Of a stretch of DNA of 64,000 bases, positions 49,001 through 62,860 are shown piece after piece. The position numbers and the translations under genes were made by a program. Origin of the DNA: Toensbergia leucococca. Lineage: Eukaryota. Under the pieces are notes generated by a model. That model ran no database searches. It had not been told where the DNA came from and saw nothing but the letters and a program-made list of their open reading frames with translations. The DNA lies in the NCBI GenBank assembly GCA_022813965.1, contig JALDZS010000040.1, positions 1-64,000 of the forward strand, in the 5' to 3' direction. The stretch's first letter is position 1, and each line of letters opens with the position of its first letter.

Positions 49001-50963
49001 AGCCATCATTAAGCGTCGGAAATTGCCGCCTTAACTCATACATCCTCTTGAGGACATTTCTCAGAGGGTGTGAGGGATCTCGGTGATCCAGACTGACCGT
49101 ATCATCGTAGCAACCATATGCGGAGCTGTTGAAAGGCATGTTGACATATACTGTCTCGCTAAGATTATAACAGCCATGAAGTTGCCAGGCACGGGAGGAT
49201 GCCATGGGCGTTCTTCCGAACACGTAGTCGTCGGCTAGGTTCTCCAAGACATAGTACTCTTGCTCTTCTCCCCAGAGGATCATTGGCACTCCTGGCATTT
49301 CTAGCATGGTGACAAAGAATCCGAGGAGTTGCCTCTGGGTACCGTTCGCTAAAGAGGGCCAACGAAACACATCTTGATCCGTCATACCGAACATGTGCCT
49401 TGGGTCATACTCGCCAGTGTTTGCATTGACCATATCGTTGTTGGAGACCATCCGGGTCCACTGTACCACCCAATCGACTCCTAGAGAACCCCAAGGCCCA
49501 TCCAAACTTGGAGAACCATTAGCCCTATCCTTACCATCATTCATTAGGTAGGTAACGCTTACCCTAAGAATCTTGTCAAAGCCCCATAAACATCATAATG
49601 GAATGCCGCACCGTCTAAAGCACTCTTCCCAAAAGGACGAATGAAGGAGCTGGGATCTGTCTCGTTGGATGCCATTTGCGCCTCCGTCACATTGTCGACG
49701 CCTTGATTTGGTTGTTTGCCTCGGCCGATATAGACAGCAGCCAACTTTGGGTCTCCAACAACTTCGCCGACCATAAGAAAGTTTTGTTTTCCATGGGCCT
49801 GCGCACATTGGCGTTGGTAGTCGGAGAACTCTGCTAGGGCGTCAGGTGTGGTTTGCAGGCCTTTGTCCATCCGGAAACCATCGATATCGAACATTGCAAT
49901 CTGCATACAGGACATGACTTTGATCTTGTCAAGAACACCGCTATGCCATTCTCGCAATCGGTCTTGAACAGAAGCAAATTTGGACAATTGGCTTTGCCAG
50001 CTAGGGTAAGCTCCAGTGCCTTTGATATCTCCGTACTACAGATGGTAAGCTTCATGGTCTTACTCGTTCTCCATCAACAAGCAGGATTTTGAAGATACCT
50101 GATCAAATTCACCCATCCTGCATCCATGCATGTATTGAGTGATGTCTGCGCCCAATTCATAACCATCTTCACCCCACAATCTGGGGTACTGACACGAAAC
50201 ATTCTTGCTGTTGTCGGGTTGGAAGTCGTGATATCTTCTATCGCTTTTCCACATGTAGTCATGTTCATCCCAATTGAAAGGAGTGCTGGCGTTTACGAAG
50301 CCCTCGAAGGCAATGAGATCACCCATTCTGCAATTTAAGACGTTAGTTCCGGTCAATTAATTTGGACCCTGAGATCTGCATACGTTGCCATAGTGTTGTC
50401 GAGTATCACATACATATCCCTTTTATGGATTTCCGTGATAAGAGCTCGCCAATCATCGATTGTTCCGTGGTGACGATCCAAGAGAGTGAAATCCAATGGC
50501 CCATACCCATCTCCAGACCAAGGCATGTTTATAAATGGACTGCCAGCAATATACAACGCCTGAAGCCTTGTCAGCGAAGTCTGCTACCACAGCAAGGAAG
50601 CGATTGTCCAACCCTGATGCCAATCCCTTGAATATAATCCAGGTCATTTTGCAGTCCTCTCACATCCCCTCCAAATCGAAATTGATTGGTCATCCAATTA
50701 TGTTCAAAGACTGTATCATTGGCTTCATTGTTAGTGGGGTCGCCGTCGACATATCTGTCAACGGTGATGATATAAAAAGGAAATCTCCAATTGGTTGGCG
50801 AGGGGTGATAGGTGTGATTGTCCCATTCACCCCAGTAATCGACCGGTTCAGTGGCGGTTTCGTTTTCATTGAGGTTATACCCGACTTGCTCGGGGTCATA
50901 TCGAAGGGCAGTGATGACAGTGGGTAGTACCGTCAAGAGGGCTGCCACACAGCTCGAGTGCAT
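43084..50963 (-). CDS. AGS1: Cell wall alpha-1,3-glucan synthase (GH13 + GT5 + multi-TM), about 11-12 exons
   Basis: Signal peptide then LRYDP...[101 protein letters not shown], C-terminal FFRKGQLFKP*. Confidence 0.97.
45434..45498 (-). repeat. 12-bp coding tandem repeat (NTAP x about 5) in the AGS1 linker
   Basis: TAANTAPNTAPNTAPNTAPSSRAPSP in ORF 44476..46095. Confidence 0.75.
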
Positions 50964-53900
50964 TCTTTACAGGAATATGTGATAATACAAAGGTGAGGTA
51001 AAAAAGCGATCTCATTGGAGCATCGGGCAATCAAAGTGAAGTGAGAGACGTCGTGAATGAATGGATATATTTTAACATGGTACAGGTGTGAACGAGTGAG
51101 GTCGAGGATGCCCCGGCATCCACCAGAGACATGTATGAGGGCCATGACCCCCTTTAGATATTGTGCCATGACGAAGCATAAGAAACGTCACAGTGCGAGG
51201 TGCAGGTCTGGGACGAGAAGATGAGGACGAATAGATGGCAAGGGAACCTTGCTCCCGCCCAACGCCGAAAAAGAAGAAATATCCGGATCAGGCTTTTCCA
51301 GCTTTGTGCAAGTTAACGATGCGCGTGGCGATAGGCGGGGGGCAAAAGTACTGCCGATGCTACTAGTATTGATACCTTCGGAGGTAGCCATTTCTTGAAC
51401 AGGGATGTCATTCGAGAGCATTATCAAGTACCAAGTACCAAGGACGGTACGAAGTTGTACAGGCCTCCATGATAGGTAAGACCCCTCACATGGCAAGACA
51501 CCACAATATCATATCAAACATGAGACGTTTGACTCGAAACACGGCATAACAATGGTCGGCCTAGGCATCTGTTGAGGCACATTGGCAAGAGGAGTGAAGA
51601 GTCAACTATGGCTGTTGATTACGAGCCATGTTCTAGCCATGTCTGGAGGCAATGTTCGGGTTCTTTTCATCTATTAAACCTTGGAGAAGTGCAACAGCAT
51701 TGCATGCGTGTGACGGAGTAACCGTATGAAGTATGAAGCAGTGGGATTAGATGGGGAAATTTCAAGGTCCACCCATCTGGGTGGGTGGGACGTCAGCTCA
51801 AACGACGGCAGAATGAAAAGTGGTGAACGACGTAGCCGGCGTTGGGGTTGGTTTCGGGAGATCGGTGATGTCTGGACAGGGTACTACCTAGTAAGAGCGA
51901 GGGCGTCAGGCTCGCAGGCTTCGTATGGCCACGATCCTTTGCTGTAGGTAGTAATGCAGGCGTCAGGGGTGCTTTTCGTAGGACAGAGCCTGCTCGTGTG
52001 TAAGTGGTTAGAAAGTTGTTACCTTGGTAGTTTACTAACAGGCCATGTTGTGTGCAACCACTTGAATCATGGCCCAGCCATGAGGATGCGATTACCCGCC
52101 ATCCGCATCACGCCAAAAGGGGCTTGATCTCGGCTCGATTGAGGCGTTCCGACACCGTTTCTGACGCGACTAGGTAGAGTGAAAAATTGATCGACACTAG
52201 GAGATCCCTGTTTGTCGGCTCTGATATCACATGTTTTGTTCTATATCCAGAACATTTATTTTTTAACGAGTACGAAGAGGACCATTGGTACAGCACTTCC
52301 AGCCCTGCTGATCCTTGGGGTAAACAGGTACTACCCTCGGGGGTCTAAATGCAGGAACACATCCTGTCAGTCATTTGTTTTGGAATCAGATTTCTAGCCA
52401 ACGGTCCAGCAGGCGGCTGTCGCTGACCAGAGAATTGGTATTTCCGTACCAGTGAAATAAATTCCCACACGCAGAGCCAAAAGGCATTGGCCCTGGTCTT
52501 GGGTCTCCGGATGCATAAGGCGGTGGATGACTACAGTCAGCGGGACATTTTACACACATGTGCCGGCTAATATATTGCATGCATGGTAGCTTCCGATTCA
52601 GCACTGAACCCTAGGTAGGCTAGCCTTGCTTGTTGTAGAATGGCGTAATGCGCCTAGACAAGCACCGGGAAGTAAAGCACTTAAGAAGTTAAGGTACGGT
52701 AGATCATACTGTAATCTACGATCGAGACCACGCTGTATTTCACGCGCAAGATAACCTTATTTATTTTCATCCACTCCCTACCTATTCTAGCCGGAGCTCG
52801 AAATAAAACGATGTTGCACTTGCGACAGCCAACGACCACCTGAATAATCAGCAGGCTCAACAACCTTGATAAATTGATTCAGTCATCCCGTCGATTATTG
52901 ACACAACGCACACTTGCATAATCAAATATACCACATCAGTGTATTAATAACTTTCTTTTTGGATAACGCAGAGGATAGTACAGAGCACAACTTGACAACG
53001 CCTCCAGATCAGCAAGATACTCTAAGAGAGCCTCTCAACAGGCCTAGCCTTCTTTTCTATGACTGTCTAAGCCGGCTTGAATCTTGTTTTATCCTCAGGC
53101 CCTCAGTCGTGTATGAAACTGCAACGTCATTCAATTATTTGACCTTTGACGAACGGCTAGTCGTCAACCACAGCCGTCATGGATGTTCCAGAGTCAGATC
53201 GGCTTTTTCAATCTCATCTCAAGGACACGATGGCCTTGTCATAGATCATCTTGGATTTCGCGCCGGACAAATGGGCAGCTTCACCATTTAATCTCAGGCA
53301 GTCTCCACTTTGCCAAAAAAGCGTGAGTCGACCTTTGTTATAAGTGCAAATGACATCAAGCTTGGATTTTCGGAATAAATCTTGCAAGTCATTCAAGCAG
53401 CTAAGCCGATAAGAAAAATAGAAATCATTTTCAAGTTTCAGCATCAAGACAAATCTAGCTTCTAAACAACTTGAGAGTCGATCCCACAGTCCTCTTGCGT
53501 TTCCCCATCAAATTGGGGCCGAGCTTGGTTTGGATGACCATATACTTACTTGACATGCAACGCTTTCCGCCATCACGACAATAAATATATCTAATTCCTT
53601 CGAAGAACCAAAATATCCTCGTACTTGGCCTTCGATTTACAGCCTTCAATAACGAGCTCTAGAGCAGGCCCTAGACGTCTGCCATACAGGCGCAGCTGAA
53701 CCAATTATTTCTCAGACAGACCGTCTCTCCTCCTTTTACAACAAACCATTCTTTGAGCTTGATTCAGTCCAACTCAACTCGAGGAATATCAAATCTACGA
53801 GTATGAATAAACATCACTCGGGTGAATACCAGTCACCCTCTCGGCATTAATCTCCGACTGCATATATAAGACAGGCGTAAGCAAATTTACAAACCCAAGT

Positions 53901-56900
53901 GCTGTCCATGGTACCGAACCCCCCACAAACCCCACCTGCAAGCCTCAACCCCGTACATAAAACCCCACCCCTCTCCCTGTATCACATCATCCCTCCCCCT
54001 GCAACATTCTCCCAAACCACGTCAGCTCCTTCCCCTCCGCCGCGTCACCCCCTTTACCACCCCCTCCACCCTCGCAAAGCCTGAGTTCACCTCAGCAAAT
54101 CCACCAAGGAGTATGGATGATCCCATCAATCCCACAATAGCAACTTTGGTATACCCAGGGGAGATAATCTCTAGGCCATCACAAAGTTTCTTGATTGGAA
54201 CCAAAATACACGCATCCCATAAACCTTGTCTATGCGCGAGTAGCAAAAGTATCAGAGTCTAGGGCTATTGTGGAGTGCAGCTTCCAGCATGTACATGACT
54301 TGGACGCAGCAACCCGGAGGATCCATACCCACGGTACCACGGTTAAAGCGGAAATTGAACCGCGCAATCATAAGAGTAATCAAATGAGGAAAGAAATGTT
54401 TCAAGTTCCGACGAGACTCCTGGATCCGGAAAGGGTGTCTTGAAAGGGGGTGTACTCGAGGATGGAGATCCGCAGAGCGATGTACGAGTAGGTAAGTTTA
54501 GGGCTGACGTGACAATGACGACATTTCTCTCGATTTTTCAACGACTTAGATTCGCAAAAGATAGAAGAGACCACCAAGGAGCCGACAGCGATAGTTCAGA
54601 GCAACACTATTGGCAGAGCCCAACGATGCGGGTACTGCTACAGCAAACATGCATATATCGACTGCATCTACAACCCCCAGCATTACTTCTACTTGCATTC
54701 AAACCCCCCGGCATCACTTTCATGGGAAAAAAGGAAAACCTTAGCTTCTAATGCACGAAATACACGCAAAAGCAATGTGCAAATTTGGCAGTGCAGATCC
54801 ACTACTGAGGAGAATATCAACACTTTTGATTGGTTGCTGGCCAAGCGTGGTTGGGGTGGGATTGCTATGTCAAAATCAAATTGGACAAGATTAACGGAGA
54901 AAGGTGGAGAGAAAGATGTCATCGAGGCTCACAAGACACAATTCCACAGATCTTCCGCCCGATTCAATACTGAAAGAAAAGAATTGAAAAGACCTATCCG
55001 CTCTGGAAGAGTTCCTACTCGCTAAGAAGGTGCGCTGGGACACATGCTTCTCGCGGGCTCGAGGGTGTATACCCACCTTACCCCGAGGCTTAGCTCAGTG
55101 CAACGATGGAAGGAGATGAATGGCTAATGAAGAGCAAATTGCCCCAAGCCACGTACAGCCCGGTGCATAATGCCTAAGGCGGCAACACGCAAACCTCAAA
55201 GTCTAATTCACATAGCTAGCCGCCTACGGAACGAACATCGCTATGTGCCCATACCCGACTGAGAATATCAGCTCGCCGCCGTTCGAAGGAAGACAGATCA
55301 GTACCTCGCAAACACCGTCAAAGCCCTCTTCCATCGTCGCAATGTGCCACCAGAGCGGATATTGCTTCCAGTCTTGTGAACCAGTCCAGCTGGCTTTGAT
55401 AACATTTCTACGTCCCATGTATTTGTAACTTGCCTACTATAGTTCCTCACGGATGGTTGGCCCAGTGTGTACCCCAGGCTAATTACATACGAGCAAAGGT
55501 TCCGCTCTCCACACCTCCTTATCTAAAGACAATCCTCTCATGTCGACCAGAGTAAAAGAAGCAAAAGTAAGTCAGTCGCACCGACATCCAAACTTCTCTA
55601 GCTATCATTGACAAGGGTACCGAGCATTGCTTTCGAGTCCTAAACACTCATGACTTATTCGCCATGAACTGGTGGTTGAAGTATGCCGTGTTCTACTGAT
55701 CGACATGTATTGTGAAGCCCCAACATCGGCAGCGCAACTGGATAGTTGATCCATGGTCGCTTGCAATGCAGCATGGCAAAGGTAAGATAACGCAATGCTA
55801 GGCCCATTCAATACCTGACGCCATGCCTCCCCGTTCTCGAGGACTCATGACGAGAGCGTTGAGAAATGCGGTAGGGAACGCCAAAACCATTGGTCCACTG
55901 GCTAGTGTAGGCGGTGGAACTTCTAATGAGACTAGGAGCTCCTGGGCCCGTTGGTATATGCCCAGCGAGCGCTGGGCTCGATGTGGGGGTCTTGGAGGAG
56001 ATGGGTTCACGACAGATGATGCATGCGATGGCCTGAGGTGGGGGTCATGTCTTTGTGTTACCACCTACTTGAACTGCCCCGATGATGTAGAGGGCTGTTC
56101 GGACTTGACGTGCATATCGCATGGTGGGTTAAGGAACAATGCATGATCGAAAGTCAAATGACATGCGAAAATGCGCTGTCGATGCAAATCTTCTAACACG
56201 CATGGCTGGTAAATTACTGGGGGGGGAGGGGGGGTTGTTAGGAGTATTGGATACTAATCAGTCTCCGTGAAACAGAAAACACGCAGCTCGAGCTCAATAG
56301 TGATGAACAATTGATAACGATTCGTACACTACCAGAATATGCGTGTTAGACTTTTGAGCCCTTAGCTTACTGCCCCACAGGCTTTATTACTTGTCAGTGA
56401 GTTGAAAAGCCTTTTGAACTGAGAGAACCCAGAGGCTTTGGAAGAAAAAGAATGTTACGCAACTGAGTTTGAGAGTTGACTAATAGACGACCAAAGACAT
56501 TACTTCGGTTCCCTTGTCTGTGTTTACATTCCCACATTTCTCAGTCCCTCGTTTCTTCCTGCTTCGCCATCACTGTGCAAGCATGAATTGGTAGGACCGA
56601 GGGACTTGCACTAATCGCAGCCCAGGCAAGCATGCCAGGTGATACTCACAGTCGCCGACGTTGACCATGCCAGTCGCCCCATGCGAAGCAACGGTCATTG
56701 ACGGTACTTGCAAATTTTCCCAAGAAACTCACACTGCCTGATAGAGATGGACTTACTGAAGTCTTAAAGTGATGTGAAGGTGTTGAGCATTGGGGGCTTT
56801 TATATCATTTGTGTAGTGCTCTTCATCCACGGAAAATACAGGACATGGGCTTTGGTGTTTGATGTGGAACGACAAGTTGGGATACCTATGCTGGGGCAGG

Positions 56901-58011
56901 CTGCACGTCCCACAAACCAGGATACCTATGTACAGTTCTTATATGTTATAGAGGTTTAATCTGGTAGCATTGATCCATCTCTCCTGGGTGGCGCTTGCAT
57001 GCCAGCACCTGGTAAGTCAGTGTTCAATCTATGAAAGCCCGTTGCTTGAGTATCGACTACCCCAAGGACAGTCGGAGCATCTTGATATCTATTTCTAGTC
57101 TGGAATTATTTTCCATGGTTCATCCTAAACGAGGCTTTTCAACGCACTGATCAGAGATGTTTCTGGCTTCCGGCTTGAGAAATGTTGCGGCATAGATGGG
57201 ATTGATGAGGCTGAGAGAGATTCATGGCGGTAATTAGACCGCGTGAAGATGCGAATTAAGGGGGCGTTTGGATCATCTGGTAGGCACCTTCAACAAAGGA
57301 TCGTTGCATAGGACCGTTCAATTCTGAGTCTTGATTATAATCATTATGGTGTGTAATTGTCTTGGCTCATCAAGGGCAGTTGGTCGTAAGATGCAATCCG
57401 CCCTCTACACAAACTGGATATTCTTCATTCATGAGCCCTGTAGCAATGATCCTTTCAAACTTGTGTTGCCTCTCCGTGGCCTGATACCAGCCGAGACCTT
57501 GTTGCTTGCACAGTTCATCTGTCTTTCTTCGAGTTCATGCGAGGGCTTTGGAAGCGTGGAAGTGACGAAAGTGGTGATGAGTGTAGGACTTAGTAGTGGG
57601 TGCGCTGCTCCAACTCTCCATGCTTTTGGAAATGCCGCCGAGACTTTCAATCGAGTATTGTGCTATTTGCAGTAGAGTGTGATGTCGTGTCGTAGGTGGA
57701 GCTGTGCGCGGTGCTTAGTTCTTGATGAGCCGCCGCAACATGGGATTTGGGGAGAGAGGAAAATGATTGGTAGAATTCCATGACGACAGGGATCTATCGC
57801 TGCATGTTCATCTTCACTTTCGGACGGAGTAATTTAAAGATAGCCGCCATCATCACGGTCAGCCGGATCCATGTGCCTATGTATCTGAGCTCCTCATCTC
57901 TAATTCATCATTGCCTGGTGATCCTCAAGCCTGACTCGACATCTTGGGAATAGCATCCGTCTCTGCCTGGATTCTAATCTACAGTCAACACCACCCGACG
58001 CCACCACGAAC

Positions 58012-61000
58012 ATGGTCTTCCTCTCCATCTGCACCGCCCTTTACGACTATGTTCCCCAAGGTGAAAGTGAGCTGGCCATACACGAGGGCGAACTGATCTA
58101 CATATTGGAGAAGGGCGCTGAGGATGACTGGTGGAAGGCCAAGAAGAGGGCTCCCGGCGAAGAGGATGAGGAGCCTGTGGGCTTGATACCCAATAATTAC
58201 GTTGAGGAGGTAAGCTCCCTACATCCTCTACCCTACAGGTGCTAAAGAGATATTCGACCGAGGTGGCAATGTATCACTCATACCGCTGCTCCTTCGGATC
58301 AATTCGCCCAAGCTATGGCATTGGTAGCTGATGATACTTGCTCCTAGGCCCAACCAACCTATCGCGCCAGAGCCCTATATGACTACACTCGTCAAACTGA
58401 TGAAGAGCTATCGTTCACTGAGGATTCTGCCCTTGCCGTCTACGATACATCTGACCCGGATTGGACACTGGTCGGCCTTAATGGAGAATTTGGTTTCGCG
58501 CCAGCCAATTACATCGATATATCAGGTGAACAATCTACAATGTCCCCTCAGACATCCGAACGAGATGAGCGGTCGACGACATCAGAGAGTGTAGCCAGTC
58601 CACCACAAAGTCCGGCAGCAGCTCTTGCGGGGATCATACACAATCAAGCAACCGGAGCATCGCCTAGACAAAGACAATCGAATGCCCCGCCATCCAATAT
58701 AAACTTGCCACCACGTAGGCCGCAGTACACTCCCGATGCTTCCGACGAAGAGACTCCATCACCGCCTCCGCCATCGCTACCTCAGCGACCACTTTCACAA
58801 TCGCTCTCTCCGCCACTGAACCAATATGCCTCACCCCGTAGCCCGGTATCACCAGGGGTGATGGAGTCCCCACCCTATAATCGCGCCACTCAAAATTTTG
58901 ATGATGAACAGCCTTCCCCAGGTGGCTTCCATCTGTATAGCGTCAATGAGATGGTATCTGCCATTGGAAAAAAGAAAAAGCTACCTACAACTCTAGGTCT
59001 CAATGTGGCTACGGGGAAAATAATGATCGCACCTGAAAAATCTCGAGACGGACCGCAGCAAGAGTGGACAGCTGACAAGCTTAGTAATTATTCCATTGAA
59101 GGGAAACATGTATTTATGGATCTGGTGCGTCCTAGTAAAAGCATCGATTTTCATGCTGGCGCAAAAGATACAGCACATGAGATTGTATCTGCATTAGGTG
59201 AGATGGCAGGTGCCGCTAAGGCAGAAGGGCTTCGAGAAGTACTAGCTGCGAGTGCTGGTACCAGCGGTGGGCAGAAGAAGGGACATGTGCTGTATGACTT
59301 CATGGCTCAAGGCGAAGACGAAGTTACAGTTGCCATTGGTGATGAAGTAATCTTACTTGACGATACTAAGAGCGAGGAATGGTGGATGGTTCGTCGGCTG
59401 AAAAATGGGAAGGAGGGAGTTGTTCCAAGTAGCTATGTTGAAGTGACAGGGACAGCACCAGCGAGTAGCAGTGAGCTGAATGCGGGATTGTCGACTGTAC
59501 AACAAAACAGGTTAGAAGAAGAGAGACTAGCAAAAGAAGCTGTGAAGGGGACGAAGAAGCGTGGAGGGAACGCAAAGGGCACTGAGGTAGGCCCAGGCGT
59601 TGAGCTTCCCAAAAGGGGTAGCAGCCTTATGAGTGATGGTAACCATGTGCCATCGCAGCGAGGAAAGCGAAACAGTAAAGCTGATGCCAAATCAGTTTCT
59701 ACTTCAAAGCCGAGTAAGCCAACTTTCAGTTGCAGCTGTAGGTGCTAATGCTACTTCACAGAGCCAGACCAATCAAAGACTCGTACTTGGACGGATCGAT
59801 CTGGATCATTTAAGGTCGACGCAGAATTTATCGGGTTGAAGGATGGGAAGATTCACCTGCACAAGCTTAACGGGGTTAAGATTGCGGTTCCTGTTGTTAA
59901 GATGGCTATTGAAGACCTTGAATATGTTGAACGCGTTACTGGAATATCATTGGACGAAGACAAACCACTCTCCGATATCCGTCGCCGTAGCACTCAGAAA
60001 GCGAACGGTAACAGCCAGAAGACCTTGATAACTCCAGCATCGGCTTCAGCACCAAAGTCTGGAGCGTCAGTATCACCACAGCAGCCAAAGCAGCCCGAAT
60101 ATGATTGGTTTGACTTTTTCTTGAAAACTGGTGTTAGTCCGTACCAATGCGAAAGATATGCTTCGAGTTTCAATCGAGACTCTATGGATGAGAGTGTACT
60201 CCCTGATATCACTCCCCCCGTACTGCGAACTTTGGGTCTGAAGGAAGGGGACGTATTACGAGTGATGAAATACCTTGACAACAAATTCGGGCGCACGGGT
60301 GCTCATTCAAAGCTTAGGAATGTCAGCTTCAGCGCCGATGATATAGCGAATAATGAAGACGGGTTAATATCGCCTAATTCTTCGGGAGGACTCTTTTCTG
60401 GTCCAGGAGGTGCACTCAGGAACAATACTCGAAAAGGACGTCCAGCACCTGCGGTACAAACTGACGATATTGTCGATGCAAACGCCTTCAAGCAAAAAGG
60501 AACGAACGAGGAAGCCCCAAAGAGCCGCTCTGACAGTATCTTGACACCTTTCATATCGGAGAATTCATCTGAAAAGAAAACCATAGGCGGCTTTGATGAT
60601 GATGCTTGGGACGTAAAGCCTTCTAGGCCAGCGCCTACCGAGTCTCGAGCTGGACCTTCCGCACCTGCACCTGTAAACAGAACCATGTCCCAGCCATTGA
60701 CGGGTTCTTTCGCAGAATTGTCTCTTCTTTCGCCACCTTTGCAGCCTACAGTAGTAGCACAGAGTACTGGGATGCAGCAGCAGCAGCCTCAACCGATCCA
60801 GCAACATCAGCTTGTTCAGCAGTCTCAGCAAATTCAACAGCCTCCACAAGTTCAACAACCACCGCAATCTCTGCAGCAGCAACCCACTGGAGCAAACCCG
60901 TCCTTTTTCTCGCAAATTGGCCAGCAAAATACTGGGACCCAGTTCCAGCAGCAGACCCCCCAACAGACCCCCTCGCAACCAACTTTTAATTCGCAGCCAT

Positions 61001-61929
61001 CGTTTCAAGGTCAACAAACATTCCAGGGTCACCAACAGCCGCAGCAGAATATGCCACCACCACAAAATATGCCTCCTCGCCAACGACCGCAAGCGCCACA
61101 AGCGATGCAGCAAGGATCTTCGATGCTTCCGCCACCTCCACCTCGGCCTTTATCAGCACCTCAAAATGTACAATTCAATAGCTTTGGACCACCGCCTTTG
61201 CAGCCGCAACTGACGGGCTTTCAGAGTCAAAGCAATTTTCAACCACAAATTGCCCCGACAGGTCAAAGTTTGAATGACTTGAATCAAATGCGACTTCAGC
61301 AGCAATACGGTCAACAACGGATGCAACAGCAACCTACAGGTTATGGACAACCTAGTCCTAGCTTTGGTCAGTTTGGGGGTGGCATACCTCAGCAGACTGG
61401 CTACGGACAGCAACCACAACTGCAGCCACAGCCCACAGGATTCCAGCCATCACTCCCATTCATCAACGGCCAGCAAACAGGCAGCCCTTTTGCCGATCCC
61501 CGTCCGCAACAACAAAGTGGTGGGTTTCAGCCTCTAGCCCCCTTACCCACGGGCTACCAGCCCCCATTTCAATCGTCACTGCAACCTCAATCAACAGGCC
61601 CCATCAATTCTTACCTTCCCCCAGCCCTGCAGCCGCAACCTACTGGTGCAAACGGATTTCAGGGGAGACCTGGCTTTGGCCAACCTCCGCTCTCTGCCCC
61701 TCCCATACCCCATCAACCTACTTTGGCGCCGTTGCAACCGCAGAAGACGGGTCCCGCGCCACCCATCAGATTTGGCGTTGAGGGCGGTGCGAATCCATTG
61801 CTGCCGCAGCCTACGGGGCGAAAAGCGAATTTGGCACAAGCTAGTAAGTCGGATTCTGTGATTGCTGTAATTGCGATTGCGGGTACTGACCTATTCGCAA
61901 TAGCTCCTCAGAACCCATTCGGATTTTGA
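58012..61929 (+). CDS. SLA1: Actin cytoskeleton/endocytic adaptor Sla1, 4 exons
   Basis: Three SH3 domains (ALYDYVPQ..DDWWKAKK..PNNYVEE; ALYDYTRQT; VLYDFMAQGEDEV), SHD1 (RTWTDRSGSFKVDAEFIGLKDGKIHLHKLNGVKIAVPV), SHD2/SAM (YDWFDFFL), LxxQxTG repeats, end PQNPFGF*. Confidence 0.96.
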
Positions 61930-62399
61930 GCCTTGGGGGTCTGGACTTGTTGTTTGTTTGTCATGGGCGTGTTTTTTGCATTGGGGGTATGGTCCCTGCT
62001 AGCGAGTTGAAGGCTTGCGACCTGTATCTACTGGTTTACTTCCCTTTTCCTTCCAGTAGTGCGGTGTATGGCTCTGGACTTTGTATATTCTTTCTTTCTC
62101 TCATTCTGTTGATTAGTTTTTTCCGAAGTGACTCGTTGGCATTCTGGGAGTTTTCTCTTTTTTTTTCTTTCTTTTTTTTGTTGTGTGTGTGAGGCACTGG
62201 GTTCTGTTCTGTCTGTTCTAGGCGTTCAAATGAAGATTCCGTCCTCGAACTTTTATGTTTGTAAGGGTTCGTGGATAGATAGATAATAACACCCCCGCCG
62301 TTCCTGATATCTTGTGCCTGATTCTTAGAGTCATGCTGTTCATATCTCTGCTTCTTACTCCCTCACCCCCTGCCCTCCCTCAGCTGATCCTTTGTTGTG

Positions 62400-62860
62400 T
62401 TGTCTGATGATGAGCATGATATATTAGCGTGAGGTTAGTGGGATTTAGATTTAGATTTAGATTCAGATTTCCTCCTTTTTTTTGATAGAGGGGCAGGGGG
62501 AAGTGAAGGTTGTGATTTTTTTTTCTGCCTTCTCTGTGAGGTTTGAGGGGGTTTGATTGTGATTTTTTTTTATCTTTTCTTTTGTTTTGAGACTTGTGAA
62601 AGGAGGTTGATTGAGAGATGGATTTTTGAGTACTTAGGATTGTTCTTTTTTTAGCTCTGTGGTTTTGTGTGAAGGGGGCTTGAGGGTCTGTGAGATTGTG
62701 GGGGGTTTTTTTGGGGGGGGGGGGGGGGGGGGGGGCTGGTTTTGATTGTGGCTTTTTTCTGTCTCTTCTTTTTTTGGCTTTTATGTTTTATCTGTTTTTC
62801 TTTTTATCTTTTAGTATTTTCTTGGTTTTTTTTGGGAAAATCCTTTTGTTTATACTTGCT
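62400..62860. repeat. Low-complexity G/T-rich tract with poly-G (about 62713-62735) and TTTAGA repeats
   Basis: Seen directly downstream of SLA1. Confidence 0.6.

Noticed and set aside
60565..61113. Leu-rich minus-strand ORF
   Set aside because: Antisense shadow of the SLA1 Gln-rich region.
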